64,000 nt of DNA, from positions 30,938,001-31,002,000 of the forward strand of contig JBITNC010000002.1 in NCBI GenBank assembly GCA_050084985.1, given 5' to 3'. Numbering within the stretch: the stretch's first letter is position 1; the number at the start of each line of letters is the position of its first letter. Below the pieces are notes generated by a model. It saw nothing but the letters and a program-made list of their open reading frames with translations, did not search any database and was not told the DNA's origin. This stretch comes from Nageia nagi. Lineage: Eukaryota > Plantae > Pinophyta. Of the stretch, positions 38,920-52,942 are shown in pieces. The position numbers and the translations under genes are program-made.

Positions 38920-39189
38920 CTGAAAATTTTCATTATTGACTCTACTAGAAATAGTATTGATGGTATGTATCAAGGTAGATTTATATTTCCCATTACTTCT
39001 TCCCGAACCTAAATTCTTTAGTTGCTATTAAAGTTTGTGGACAAGATCAAAATCCAAAGCAGCTAAAGAGGTCCCAAATTTTAAAGAACTTGGTACTCCT
39101 TGAAGAAAGACCTTGATCAAGTTTAAGTCTTTGAGTACTATAAACACTTTAGAATCCCTATTCAAAATAGTACCATTCAACCTTCATAC

Positions 39190-42100
39190 TAGGATGACTC
39201 CTCCTAAAATGGCTAATCTTGCTCCAAATATGTACCTCTCATGGGATGATGGGGTACCTTTGGCTCAAGCTGCACTACATGATATCCTAGGGAATGTCTT
39301 TAAAAATCTACCTAAGTTCGATGCCACAACGGAGAAGATAGCCTATGAACACTGTGTGGATGTAGTCGATTAGGCTAAGCTCCATAATATTTAGCATGAA
39401 GATTTCATGGTAAGATTGTTAGCACAATCTTTCAAGGGTAGGGTTCTTGATTGGTATAGAAGCCTTGATAATGGATCTATAACTTACTGGGCTCAGTTGG
39501 TAGAGCCTTTCATCTTGAAATTTAATTAAGTAGGAGAACCCTTCTCCTTACTAACCCAATTCACCTCTATCAAAAAAATGAACAGGAAAATATTCTAGAT
39601 TTTAATATTAGGTTCCAAAAATCTTGGAAAAGGGTTTCAGTATTGATTAAGCCCTAGTAATCTCAAGCTTTGATGTATTATTTGAGATCCTTTCCCCTAG
39701 ATCTCTCTTTGGAAATCCAAAATTTTGGAGTAACCACTTTTTTAGAGGTCTATAGACAAGCAACATTTGCTAAAGCTTGTCTTATTTTATTAGGAAAACT
39801 ACCCAACCGCATGCCAATGCCATACTTTCCAATGCTACCATAAAATCAAGCAATAAGAACCTCACCAATTTGTATGGCCCCTCCCCTAGCTAGTATTCCT
39901 ACACCAACTCAATAATTCCCATTAGCCTTGCCTACCCCAAGAGCTCCTCTGGCTCTTTCGACCTCATGTCAGTTAGAGATAAATTAGGTAACTTCTTATC
40001 AAAGCAAGATACAAGAATTGAAAGCTTTGTGTAGGAATATGGCAAACTAGATCACCCTCTTGAGTAGACAAAATAATGTCAAGAGATTCCCATATCCAGC
40101 TGTAGAAAAAGCTCAAGATCAGCATGTGTTATTAGATGATACAGATCAAGATTCTTCTTTCAAATAGATAGTAGGCTTATGTTTAGCTTGCAATGATGCT
40201 CATGAACAAAATTCTTGCTCTATATATTGATATCAAGAGTATTTATCTAGAAGTGGAAGGATTCCTCCACTTGGCATGGCTAACGATGTGAGTTGAAATA
40301 TAAATTTTATGAATTTCACCCCAGCAAATGTAGGTGTTTTTGCTATAGAAACAAGGTCTACAAAGAGGCCTCATGTATCAAATCTACCAGATAAAAGAGC
40401 TAAAACTTCAAAAGGATACGATCCAATAACCTCCAAGAAGCTTGATACAACTCCCAGTTTGGCAAACACGACATTCCAAAGAGAGGTTGCACCTCATAAA
40501 TTTCTAGTTTTGGAAGCTAGACAAATGCCTAAAATTGATGAAGTTGATGATCAGATGATTCTAAAGTTAAGGTTCCCCTCACTCATCAAGCATCAGAGGA
40601 GGGATGATACTCAGTAGTTTCAACAAAGTTTTGTTGAAAAAGAAAGTAAGCCTTCAATCATTCAAGATTTTAATATTATCGAAGAATTAAAGAAAACTCC
40701 TTCGAAGATATCTTTATTTGATGCTTTAAAAATTCCTAGGCAAATCGATTTACTTAGGGCATATCTTACAATATTAAATGAAGGAATGGATAGGGTATTG
40801 AATTTGTTTGAGACATCCAAGTATCTGAGGATGGAAAAAAATAAACCATAAGCTTTTTATATGACTTTAGAAGTCAAGGGGTATTTGCTAAATAATTATC
40901 TAGTTGATTCTGGAGCAACCACTATCGTCATGCCTAAAGTATTATGTGATGTAATGGGGCTACCTTTCACCCCAAAGCTTTCCAGTGAAGAGTTTAGAAG
41001 AGATGAGGTTTGGGAAATGTTCTTTGACAGAGCCAGATCTAGAAATGGATCAGGTACAGGGATTATTCTGATTGACCCAAAAGTAAAAATGCATAAGTTC
41101 TCCTATAGGTTCACATGATGTGCACCAATAATGTGAATGAGTATAAATCCCTTTGCCTTAGCCTGAAGCGATTAAAATGCATATCCATTATGTGAAAATT
41201 AAAGGAGACTCAAAGTTGATTATGAACCAAGTTATAGGCAAGTGTTCTATTAAACATCATTATTTAAAGTCTTACAAGAATAGAGTGTGGGATCTATTTG
41301 AAAATTTTGAGGCTTTGCACATACAATCTATTCCAAGGAGGATGAACCATGAAGCTGATGCATTGGCTCAAATGGGAGCTAGTTTCAACCCCACCAATGA
41401 CTAGTTCTAGAAAAGGGGGGTTCAACTTATCTTCAAACCTTCTATTTCAGATAACGATTCCTTTTGGCAAGTCTTTAGAGACAAGGATCAAATTAATCAA
41501 TTTTTATTACAACAGTCTATGTCTCATATGGTAGGAGAAGAAGATGTCAGCATCTTTCAGGAACAAGATATAATCCAATTGAACAATAATATAATTCCTA
41601 AGGATCTTATCCTATTTGAAGGGTTGTTCGATAGAAATAATCAGGTAATAAGAAAAAGTATAATTATAAACCTTGATAATCATAAGGAGTATGAAATTCT
41701 TTCCAGAAAATTTTTAAAAATCAGCATATGTAACAACCCTAATCAAATCAAAGAGATTATTCAATTATACCAAGTTTTTGTTGATATAATTTCTTGGTTG
41801 TATGATGACCTAAAGGTTTTTAATAAATATGTAATTTAGCATACGATAGAATTGATTGAAGATGCCAAGCCTATCAGACAGAAATAAAGGCCAGTAAACC
41901 CCAAGACTGAAGTGGCAATGAAATAAGAAGTTTTGAAATTATATAAAGCTATTGAAATTATATAAAGCTAATATCATATATCCTATTAAACATTCTACAT
42001 GGGTGGCAAACTTAGTTCCAATCAAAAAGAAAAATGGAGAGATTCAATTATGTGTGGATTTCAGAGGTTTAAAGAGTGTCATTAAAAGATCATTATCCTT

Positions 42101-44458
42101 TACCGCCTATGGAACAAATATTGAATACTATGGTTGGAGCAGAAAGATTCTCATTACTAGATGGCTTTTAGTTAAAAAATGAAGATCAATTCAAAATGGC
42201 CTTTACAACCAAATGGGGAACGTTTACTTTCCAAATAATGCCTTTCGGACTATCAAATGTAGGAGCAACCTTTCAAAGAGCTATGGATTATGCTTTTGGA
42301 GATATGGTAAATAAAAATGTGCTAGTATATTTAGATGATATCACTATTTTCTTCCACGATAGAAGTTCCCATGTGTAGCATCTAGAGCAGGCTTTTATCA
42401 AATGTAGGAGGTATGGAATTTTCTTAAATCCAAAAAAATCTATTTTTGCAATGGATGAAGGAAAGCTTCTTGGACATGTCATTTCAAAAGAATGTTGGGC
42501 TATAAATCCAGATAGGATATAAGCAATAGACAAACTATCTCTCCCTTCAAACAAAAAGGCCTTACAATCTTTACTATGATAGATTAACTTTGTAAGAAGA
42601 TTTGTTCAAGAATTTTCAAACATTGTTAAACTTATTACTCTTATGTTAAAGAAAAATGTTGTGTTTGAATGGACTAAAGAAGGAAAAGAAGAATTTAAAA
42701 GAATCAAGTTTGCAATAACTAGAGTGCTTGTCTTAAGAAACCTAGATTTCAGCAAGGAGTTCATTTTGTATGCATATGGCTCTAGTTCAAGTATTGCAGT
42801 CATCCTAACATAGAAATTTGAAAAGAATGAAGAATATCCTATTTCTTTTTTCAATCAAACTATGAATAAGAGCAAAGAGAAGTACACTTTCTTAGAAAAA
42901 AAGTCTTAGCAATACTGAAATTTTTGGAAAAGTTGAAACATTATATAAGTCAGAGCAGAGTCCTAGTCTTGACCATACATCTGAATGTTGGATTTTATAT
43001 AATGCAAGGAGAAATTGGGGAGAGGATACCTAGATGGATTTCTAAAATTTTAAGATATGATGTGGAAATCAAACCTGCTAAGCTCATAAGGGGAAAGGCC
43101 CTTTGTGAACAATTAGCCAAGGATGTCGTAGAAGCAAAAGATAGTGTGTATTTCACCAAACAAGTAATTTCAAAAAAGGAACTAGGTATGGAGGAAAGCA
43201 ACTAGATAGACCAATTAAACAGGTATTTTGAATTTGGGAAACACCTCGTACATTTGAACATATCGCAAAGGAGAAGATTTAAAATACATGCCCAAAACTA
43301 TACAAAAATTGACCAAGTGCTGTATAGAAGGAATCATGATGGAATATTGCTGAGGTGTATACCTTCATCTAAGATAGCAAAGTTGATCGAAGAGTTTCAT
43401 TCTGAAGTATCCAGAGGTCATTATTCTAGTTATACAACGATAGGTAAAATAATTCAAGCTGGTTATTATTGGCCCACTATGTTCAGAGATGCTTTTGCGA
43501 AGGTTCAATGTTGTGAAAAATGTCAAAGGTTTGTAGGTACGAAGAGAAAGGTAGCTTCACCATTAGAACCAATCCAAGTAGAAGAATTGTTCCAATAGTG
43601 GGGATTAGACTTTATTGGGATTATCAATCCAAATTCCTTGATCGAGCATAAATTCATCCTCATCGCCATCGACTATTTCACCAGATGGGCTGAAGCAAAA
43701 GCCGTGAAAGAGGCAAATCAAAAAATTATTTCTAAAATTCATTGAAATTTTGATTACCATGTATGGAATCCCTCAAACGATCATCTCTGACAATGACTCG
43801 GCATTTGTAGGGATAGATATCACCAATTTTGCTATGAGATATGGAATCTACTAAAAAACTTCCTCAAATTACTATCCACAGGGTAATGGACTTGCTGAAT
43901 CGACAAATAAGAATTTGTTAAGGATTCTCAAGAGGACTATAGAGGATAATCCCAGACCTAGCATGAGAAGTTGAATTAGGCATTATGGGCAGATAGAATC
44001 ACTATAAAGTTGGCTATTAAGGCCAATCCATATGCGTTGGTAAATGGAAAAAGGGCTTTGCTGCCAAGTCCTATAGAGCTCCTAGTTCTAACAATATTTC
44101 AAGAGTACGGTGAGGAATTTAAACCACTTCAAGTACAGATGAACAAACTATTACATATGGAAGAATCCTAGAATAAGGCATATCTAGATTTACAAAAGAA
44201 AAATGAAGTTGTAAAGAAATGGTTTGACTCTCGAAAAACTTTTCTAGACATCTTTAAAGAAGGAGACCTTATCTTAAAATGGGACGAAAATAGAGCCAAG
44301 CTTGAAAAGCATAAGAAGTTCGAATCCTTATGGTCAAGACCATACGTCATAGCCAAATGCATTGGGAGAAACACCTTCGAAGTAGCCAAATTGAATGGAT
44401 GGAGGTTACCAATTTCAATAAACGGGCAACATTTGAAGCACTACAAGCCCACATAGGC
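39190..44458 (+). pseudogene. gag-pol: Gag, aspartic protease (partly deleted), archaeal-type RNase H, RT, RNase H, integrase
   Basis: LPKF..EH; VDSGA; WEMFFD..TNN..EY..GDSKL..N.EADALA; LCVDFR; MPFGL; YLDD; H..GH..YYWPTM..C..CQ; WGLDF; SDN; YYPQGNG.AE; NGQHLKHY. Many stops and frameshifts. Confidence 0.93.
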
Positions 44459-44851
44459 AAGAGATTACCTTTAAAAGAGAATTTACTACCCTTGTAAATA
44501 TTGTAAATATGGTATGTTTTGTATTTAATTCCCAAGACAACAGTATGTTTTGATCAATAATAATATTAATGGCCTAGGGCATTTCTAGCACCGTTGGAAT
44601 CAGAGTTCCCAAGAAAAGTCTAAGAATATAAAATCAATTATTAATGCAAATGATGTAGCAGTTATATTGCATGACTAAAAAAGCAAATGTGAAGCATGGG
44701 AATTTAACATAAAAGAAGACAAGGCGGTGCATTTTAAAACATACAAACTCCAGAGCCTTCGAATAGTTGCAGTTATTTGATTTCCTAGCCTTCGTCGTTG
44801 GAAATTGTTAAGTCAGAGCCTAGTATACTTGGAAGCACAATCTGAAAAACT

Positions 44852-47800
44852 ATGGTGCCTACTTTAGGAAAGGTAGTTAAAAGGGTTATTGATTCAATGG
44901 ATTTGTTTTGGGATACCGAAATAATGACTCAAAATAAGAATTCAAAGGGCACCGTAGAAGGTACGTGTCGTATTTTTGGTTTTAATCATATTGCTCGTGC
45001 ACCAATGGGGTCAGGGATCATGTATTTTATCCCCCATAGATGCTTTCCAATTCCAGAATTGATAGAGTTGACAAAAGGGGCGTTTGATCCTACAATGAGG
45101 GTCGCAAGGGATTTGCAGGGGAAGGTAATTCTTAGCATAGACCCCACATCCCTAGCAAGTGCTTTTAATCCACCAGCTCCATTTTCTCCCCTATCTTGAT
45201 AAATTGGGATATAAGGCCAAGCTCAAACCTGAGGGCGAATATCCTTAGTTGAATAGAAATGTAGGAGCTATAAATTTCCTAAAAGTTCCAAATTCAAAAG
45301 TGTTGCTATCTAGTTTCTCCTCGCATTTACAATTGTTGTTATCCATGTTGTCAGTAACAGCCGGAGAAAAGATCAAATAAATATATTTCACTAGCAAAAC
45401 TAGCAATAGCCTACCAAATCTCTCATCCAAATTCTCCTATCATTTATGATTGGGCTGTTGCTATTTTAGATAAGATTTTAGAGAAACTAGAAGAAATTGA
45501 TCAAGGGTCTCACTTCGCATTTGCATCGTACATTGTTTGGTTGTTGATCCACCAAAATTTGGGTTTTTTCACAAAATTGACCTTAACTAGGCTTGAAGGA
45601 GATGGGTCCCTCAGGTCTGTAGATAGATGGACTAAGGAAGTAAGGCCGTTGGCTGATTACTATGGCTTTGTGAAAAATTTCTTAGTTCTAGCCATGAACT
45701 TATTAGCTCTTGAAATTCCAAGGCTATCAGAAGCTTCAAAATTGTATCTTTAGATGCCTCATGGGTAGACTAGGGATTGGTTCTTCGTCGAAGAAGGAAC
45801 ATTTATTAGACTTTAGGGTTTTATTGCCACCCCTTTCTTATTGCCTATACATGTCACTGATTGCATATTCAATATGGAGTATGAACGATAGATAGATTAT
45901 GTAGATACTAAATATGGAGCTACGGATAAGAAGAGATTGGTTTACGCTCTACCCCACAAGGTGCATGACTTGGTACTTCAAAGTCGAGGGGAGGTGACCA
46001 ACTGAAGGAGAAGCTGCTCAAGTTGAAATTGAAAAGGATCAATCTATATAGGTTATACGATCTTAAAGACGTGTTTGGCAAAAGGTTGAAAAATCAACCC
46101 AATCCTCCTAGCTTCAAAGCGGAATCTAAACCTAAGTTAGATTAATGGAGAAATCCAGAAAATAAAGTTAAACCTATGCCTATGTCCTTGATTGCTAAAG
46201 ATTTGCTACCACCATGGATGAGTTTTTATGAAAGGAAGGTAGCTTTCAATCCAAGGATGGGTTCAATCCCCAAATAATCTTTGGCCACATTGAGAAGGCT
46301 TAAGTGGAGTGAGGAGAAAATCACCACATTTAACCAATATCGAATCGAATTAGGGAACAAATTCACTCCTCTTGAGTTTGACCTCGATGATGTGTTTGAA
46401 GATATGTGAAAAATGGAACACCCTTCATATGACCCTGCTGAAGAGTATCCAAAAAGTGAAGATGATGAAGAAGAAGAAGATCAACCAGAAGCCCAAAGGA
46501 CTAGCCTAGAAGAACAAGCTGGAGAAGAGGCTAGAGAGGCTACCCCCCAAGCTGTACAAAAGACACCAAAAGGGAAAGAACTGTATACAGCAAAGAGGAA
46601 AGCTCAGAAGGCCTCCCTTCCACTGAAGAAGAAGAGGAGGACATCCACTCCAACAGGTATGCTCTCTTTCTCTCCTACTTTCCTTCCAGATACCCCCGCT
46701 ATTCAAGTTGTCTCACCCATCTCTACTCCAACCCCCCTTTCCACAACTGTAACAGCCTCTCTAACACCCACCACACAACCAATTCCATTGTTACCTGCAC
46801 CTTCCCAATGGCATGATCCTACTCATTCCACATCTATTTCCCTTGTTACTCCTCTCACTAATATCATCACCATACCATCATCACCCCCACCATCACCACC
46901 ACCATTCGCAGTAAATCCCATTAGTGGCAGCGGCCTAGGTCCCAGCCAGGCCAATCTTACGACATCAGCAAAACAAGTTTTGGCCTCCCTTCCCTAGGAT
47001 TTGGGTGTCAGTTCTCTGTTTATCACCATATTTGGGCAACAGGTGTCTATTGATAGTATTATGTAGCAATACCAACAGATGAAGAGCAATCAAGAAGAAT
47101 GGATGCAGAGGAAATTAAAGAAGATCCCAACATCGGATAATCCAATAAGGCTTCGGACCTCTGTAGATTCAAAAAATAAAGTGCTAGAGATGGCCATAGC
47201 CCAAGACCTCCAAGAGGGACAAAGTGATTTGACTTTCATGAACACCCAAGTGAGAATAGACATGAGGAGCATTCCCTGAAGTGATAAGAATGAGCTCTTG
47301 CAAACTATTGTAGACCTGAATATATCAGAGTTAACCAAGTTGGAAGCCAAGTACTTAAAAAGGCTCATGAAGCAATAAAGAAGCAGTTAGCTACACAAAG
47401 TATCAAGTTGAAAGCCTTCGATAATGATGTAGCTATTTTGAGAACAAGTTTAGCTTTGGCTCCTACTATTGATAGCACAAATAAAAAGGATGCCATTATT
47501 GCTAGAAAGGATGCGAAAATCGTCATAAGGATGGCAGAAGTTGCGTTAAAAGATTCAATCATTGATAACCTAAGTGCTAATATAGCTCAATTGCAACAAA
47601 GCATAAGCGAACACAAAATGGACAAAAATTTCTTGTTAGTTGTAAAGGCAAAATTTTGGGAACAGAGGTCCCAAGAAATCGAAGACTTGATTCGTCTTAG
47701 GGACCATGTGGAGATGTGTTTGTTAGAATTGAAATGGCTTGAAGTAGATGTCAGTAGGAGTGAAGGTATTTGCTTTCCTATATTAGAGGAAGCTAAGAGG

Positions 47801-48312
47801 GCAAACAAGAAACTAAATGAAATTTCTAATGAAGATTTACAGGCCCTAAATATTGAAGACTGAGTGGAGCTCATGGCGGTAATTAATTACCCAATGCGGG
47901 AAAAATGGGTATGTCAAGAGATCAGAAATAGTGTGTTAAATCAAGTGCAAGAAAAAGAGACTCTGAAGGCAAAACTGAAAAAAAAAATATCCACATTCGA
48001 AGTCCCAAAACTGTGGAGGATTAATGACTCATCGATCCCTGAATCAAAATTCCTGGAAAATATTCAAAAAATTAGTAAGCAAGCTAATGATGTAGAAGCG
48101 TTGCTATCTTCTTTTGATGAAGTAAATTTGTTAAAACTCTTTGATTCTTGGGCAAAGGCTAGGGTTAGCTTACGGTAATTGTTGCAAAAACATGTACAAA
48201 CATCTTTTGAATTTTTGAACACTGTAACTTTAGCTCAATCTAGGTTAAAAGACTTCTTTGGGGTGCATGTGAATTGGGGAAAGGTTCGGCAACTCCTAAG
48301 TCTACAGAATTG
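44852..48312 (+). pseudogene. Extra 3' ORF of the Tat element (~3.4 kb; acidic, Pro/Ser/Thr-rich and coiled-coil parts)
   Basis: Chain of same-strand ORF pieces (44852, 45541, 46413, 47079, 47408, 47864) between integrase and the 3' LTR. Confidence 0.7.
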
Positions 48313-48391
48313 AAGCTTGGTCTCTCTCCTTTTTTACTAAGTTTTGCGTTGGGTCCAAAATGTCTTATATGAAAAGCAAATGTCACCAAAA

Positions 48392-50061
48392 TGTATATAC
48401 ATACATAGTCCAACACCCTAGCAGCTTCTCAACGCGTATTGTCCTTACTTATCTATAAGATGGGTGTTTCAGCAAGCTTCCGAAGAGTTTTGATGGGAAA
48501 ATATACTAAGTATAGTATTTTTCGAAGTATAAAAGAGTGATGTCAGTAGAATAGAGATTCTTATAAAATTGAACATCGAGAGTAATGACGTCAACAAGTA
48601 GTGTTAAAAGTTCCACGACGGCTAAGTGTTCCAAGGCATAAAAGAGAGTGATGTCAGTAGAATAGAGATTCTTCTAAAATCGAACCCCGAGAGTAATCAC
48701 ATTAGCAGGTAGTGTTAAAAGTTCTACGATGGCTAAGTGTTCCGAGGCATAAAAGAGAGTGATGTCAGCAGAATAAAGATTCTTCTAAAATTGGACCCCA
48801 TAAGTAATGACATCAGCAGGTAGTGTTAAAAGTTTCGCGGTGGTCAAGTGTTCTAAGGCATAAAAGAAGTGATGTCAGCAGAGTAGAGGCTCTTCTAAAA
48901 TTGGACCCCAAGAGTAGTGACATCAGCAGGTAGTGTTAAAAGTTTCGTGATGGCTAAGTCAGCTGATTCTGAAGCACGAAAGAATTTAACATCAGCAAAA
49001 TAGAGCGAAGCCCATTTTAGCCAAAAGAATGGGTCCAAAGAAGGATGGCATCATGAGTACGACTGAAATCTCTCGAAGTTATTTGTTTCATCTCACAAAG
49101 GCATAAAAGGAGGTGACATTTCAAATCAGATGGTCTGAAAATCGATGATGTCAAATGTAACAAATAGGATCTCCACCCAAGTAAAACTTCACCAAAGAAC
49201 TCTGAAACATGTGCCAAAGATCAAGAAGGCTCCAAAACAACCACTAGAAAATGAAGAAACTTCGAAATCACCATAGTCAGTAAGAGAATCTTTCATAATT
49301 GTAATACAAGTTCAAATAACACTCGAGAAGCATGTCCATCATAGTTTAAAGGCCATTATAGTTTAGACTTTTTAGTTTTAGGAATAAAATGACATGTGGT
49401 AGAATAGTTAGCTATTTATTAAAAGAAGGCCAGAATCTTTGGGTCATTTTGTAACTGTTTTGTTTCAATATTTCTTCAACCTCTCTAGTCTAGTTTAAAT
49501 TTAGTGGAAGACAAGGAAAAGACCTATTGTTCTATTAGTTATACAATGCCATCTTGACCCTAGTATTGCCCCTTGTATTTGTTTTTAAAGACCTATTGTT
49601 CTATCAATTATACAATGCCATCTTGACCTTTCTTGTCCAACGCTTGGTGTTATTGTTTTTAATCTGGTTATATTGTGACAAGTAATAGATATTTCCTAAA
49701 TAATAATAAGTTGTTAGTATAACTATGCTTATATGGAAGAGTTAAGCTAAAGAATAATTTAGAGAATGAAAGCTTACAATGTGGCTGTTACACTATATTC
49801 TTACCAAGGTTTCACACTATATGAAAACCTACATTGAACTAGTGATCCGCCCTTTTTGCTTTACTCTTGCTCCCTATCTCTTTTGTTTCATTTCTTGCAC
49901 TCAATCCTTTTTCATTTCTTTTTTGTTATTTGTTCTTTTCATCCCCCCTAATAAATAAGGAACCTGCCTACTCCAAAGATCAAGTTACTGTGTTAGCCTG
50001 TTCATGATATACTTTGATTTTATTGCTCATGGGTGCAACTATTATACAATTTCCATCAACA
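48392..50061 (+). repeat. 3' LTR
   Basis: TGTATATAC...CATCAACA; matches the 5' LTR. Confidence 0.92.
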
Positions 50062-50679
50062 ACATAACTAAGCAAGATGAAGCATGACATGCAATAAAAA
50101 TGCTTGCATATGAAGATAGACCACCACATCAAATGAACAAAGAAAGCAAGGTGAAGAATTGGAGCATTCTCAATATGTGAGACTTGCAATAAGAAGGAAG
50201 CTATGTTCCATGGGGACATGTAACAACCCTCAAAATCCCTATATCCTTATTTCGACCACTTTGGGAATGGGGGGACAGGTACAAAACATTTCATCATCAT
50301 CCCACTCCAATGGAAACTCAACCAAAACGTTTCCTTAATCAAAGGGTACACCTAGCCGTCCTAGAATAGGTGGGAGGCTAGTTTTTCTTTTTTTTAACTA
50401 TTAAATGATTTTCGCATATGTTGTCTTAAGGTTTGATGTGCTATGCAACTCCTGAATCTTTTAAATTTTTAGTAGAAATAATATTTTTGAAAGGACTTGG
50501 TTTTGATATCTTGTACATGCAAGAAATATTCACAAGAATCAGCACTACTACAAAATTGTGAACATGTTGCGCAAGCTAGAAAATATAAAATTTCAATGCA
50601 TGCAATGAGCCTATCAATTGCAAGTTGCCATTTGCTAATCTATAACATAAACAAACAAGTTATCAAGTATGAGATATTG

Positions 50680-50920
50680 TTAATAAATTTACAATTTTTA
50701 CAAACTTACAAACAAGCATACTATTACAAGTTTTACAATTGTTGCGACTTACAAGCATATTGTTACAACTTACATAATGTTTGTTACAAATTTACAAACA
50801 AACAAACATTTTGTTACACTTACAACTACAAGCATCCTGTTACAAATTTATTAAAATAAGTATATTGTTACAAAATACGAACTTACAATTGTTACTTACA
50901 AGTTACAACTATTACAAGTT
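50680..50920. repeat. TTACAA-rich degenerate short repeat array
   Basis: (a/g/t)ttacaa recurs many times at irregular spacing. Confidence 0.65.
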
Positions 50921-52942
50921 TAGAAATACTTTCATATATAATATGTCTGATAATGAAAATGATTTGAATTTCTGAATTTCACATGTTTGATAATTTGATT
51001 ATATTTGCATTTTAATTTTAATGATTAATTAAAATTTCATAAGGATATTTAAAAATAAAAATAAAAATCAATTTTTTTTAAATTTTTATAGTTTTATTAT
51101 ATTTTAATATTGTAATACCCCTCCCATACTCAAAATTGAACCCAAGTCCTACCAATCTCAAGAACGTGTCTTGTCGTACCACATTGTACTCATCCTTAGA
51201 ACTTCATGGAACATAGGAAGGAAGCAAATTCACCAAATCCAATGCCCAAGGCGATCATCGAAGCACATAGGAGAATGATCAAGCCAACAAAAAGTAAATG
51301 GATGGCATAATTTGAAAATGTTGATCTTAACGAGGGTCTCCGATTCTCGGGCAAAAAGTTCTAACTATGTTATTTAGTCATTAAAATGCATGGGCACGCA
51401 TCTAAAAGGAAGAAAGCCCTACTTTTGGTAATGTCTTTGTAGTTACTTCTACTAATCCTTACATTTAAAAATTATGCACTTAAAGCATCCATTTTTTTAC
51501 TTGTACAGATCGAACAGTTTCAAGTGCAGAATGATGTTGAAGGCTCTCTGTGTAAGTTCATATGTAAAATATCATATTTTAATGCACGGATAAATTTGTT
51601 TTGGCCCCAAGTTTTGTTTAAGCCAATAGTAATCCAGCTTCTTTGATCCAGGAAAAACCATAGAAATATATTGCAAGTGATAATGGACCAATGAGAATGG
51701 AGACAAACAGAGTGTTTCTGCAGGCATTCCAGCATTACTTGCAGAAATTAAGTGAAAGCTTCAATCCAATTCAAGTAACCTCTAATGTATGCACTTGATT
51801 CATCTGTACTCGTGCACATTAAAATTAGTATCAATATATGCAACAATGCAAAAGGTATTCTTCATCATATTTAAATCTTTATCTGTGCATATAATGAAAC
51901 AATTGAAACCACTTCCACGGATTGCGCCCAAATTTTAATACACTCGAGGTTTCCTTAGGCATAAAGGACAATTGTGAAATGCTGAGTTATATACAATTGT
52001 ATGAAGACAACCATTATAAAGCATTGAAGATGAGAAATTCCTTTGTAATGAATCTACTATTTAATGTAAACAAAATCTTGCTGTTGCTTTGCTTTACACA
52101 AATATATAGATTGAATGATTTTGGTTAGAACAGGCCAACAGACAAATTATGTTCCAGAACCTGAATCCTAGCTTCCTAAGAAAACATCAATATACAGGAT
52201 GTCCACTGACAATCGGTCACTGACGACTTGACCACCAGCACCAGAAAGATATGGAACACAAATGACTTGATAAATTAGGAAACTCAAGGTGACCACTTCC
52301 AAGCATTCCAGTAAGTTTTAAAAACAAACTACCATTTACATACGCGGTTGAAACTAGAAACCATGATTGGAAAAAAGGAACATACGAACCAAATGGGCAC
52401 AAGAGAATGACCTAAACAAGAAACATACATGAATATATCAAATAACTATCAAAAACGTTCAGCATTTTTAACAACCATAAAAAATGAACAAATAATAAAA
52501 ACATCAGAATTGTAAACACTACTGTTTGCAATAAGAAATTTCTAGCAAGATGAGTATGGGTAGAATCTGACAAAACAAAAAGAAAATCCCCTATTTTAGC
52601 TGTTGATTCAAAGGTCATTTGAAGAATAAGTCTCTTCATGCTCGGTCAAGCAAACATCAGCATAACTGACACGTATTCAACAGGATATAGACTCCTGCCT
52701 TGAGCTATTCCAGCCAAGGGCATAAAGTTGTCTTTCTTCCAACCACGCAAAAACTCAATTCAGAGAGCCTTCAACAATAATCCCTCAAACATAAGGATGT
52801 ATCTCTTATGGCTTAACATCTGTAGTGTAGAGTGATTTAGGGAAAACAATCAAGACAACTATTCCTTTCCACAATGCAAAAACTTGTCAAAGATCAATAT
52901 TATTGAGCCCTGCAAGCCACTTTGAAGCCCAGCACTGCTAGC

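Larger units (their letters stand above)
37244..50061 (+). mobile_element. Full-length Ty3/Gypsy Tat-clade LTR retrotransposon (PROT-aRH-RT-RH-INT plus extra 3' ORF), decayed
   Basis: Paired ~1.65 kb LTRs; TSD ACAGA (37239-37243) / ACATA (50062-50066); PBS; all pol domains recognisable. Confidence 0.93.

Noticed and set aside
46413-46997. Extensin/mucin-like host gene
   Set aside because: It lies between the LTRs as one piece of the retroelement's extra ORF.
50219-51350. LTR-like starts TGTAACAACCC (50219) and TGTAATACCCC (51112)
   Set aside because: No ends, TSDs or PBS could be paired by eye.
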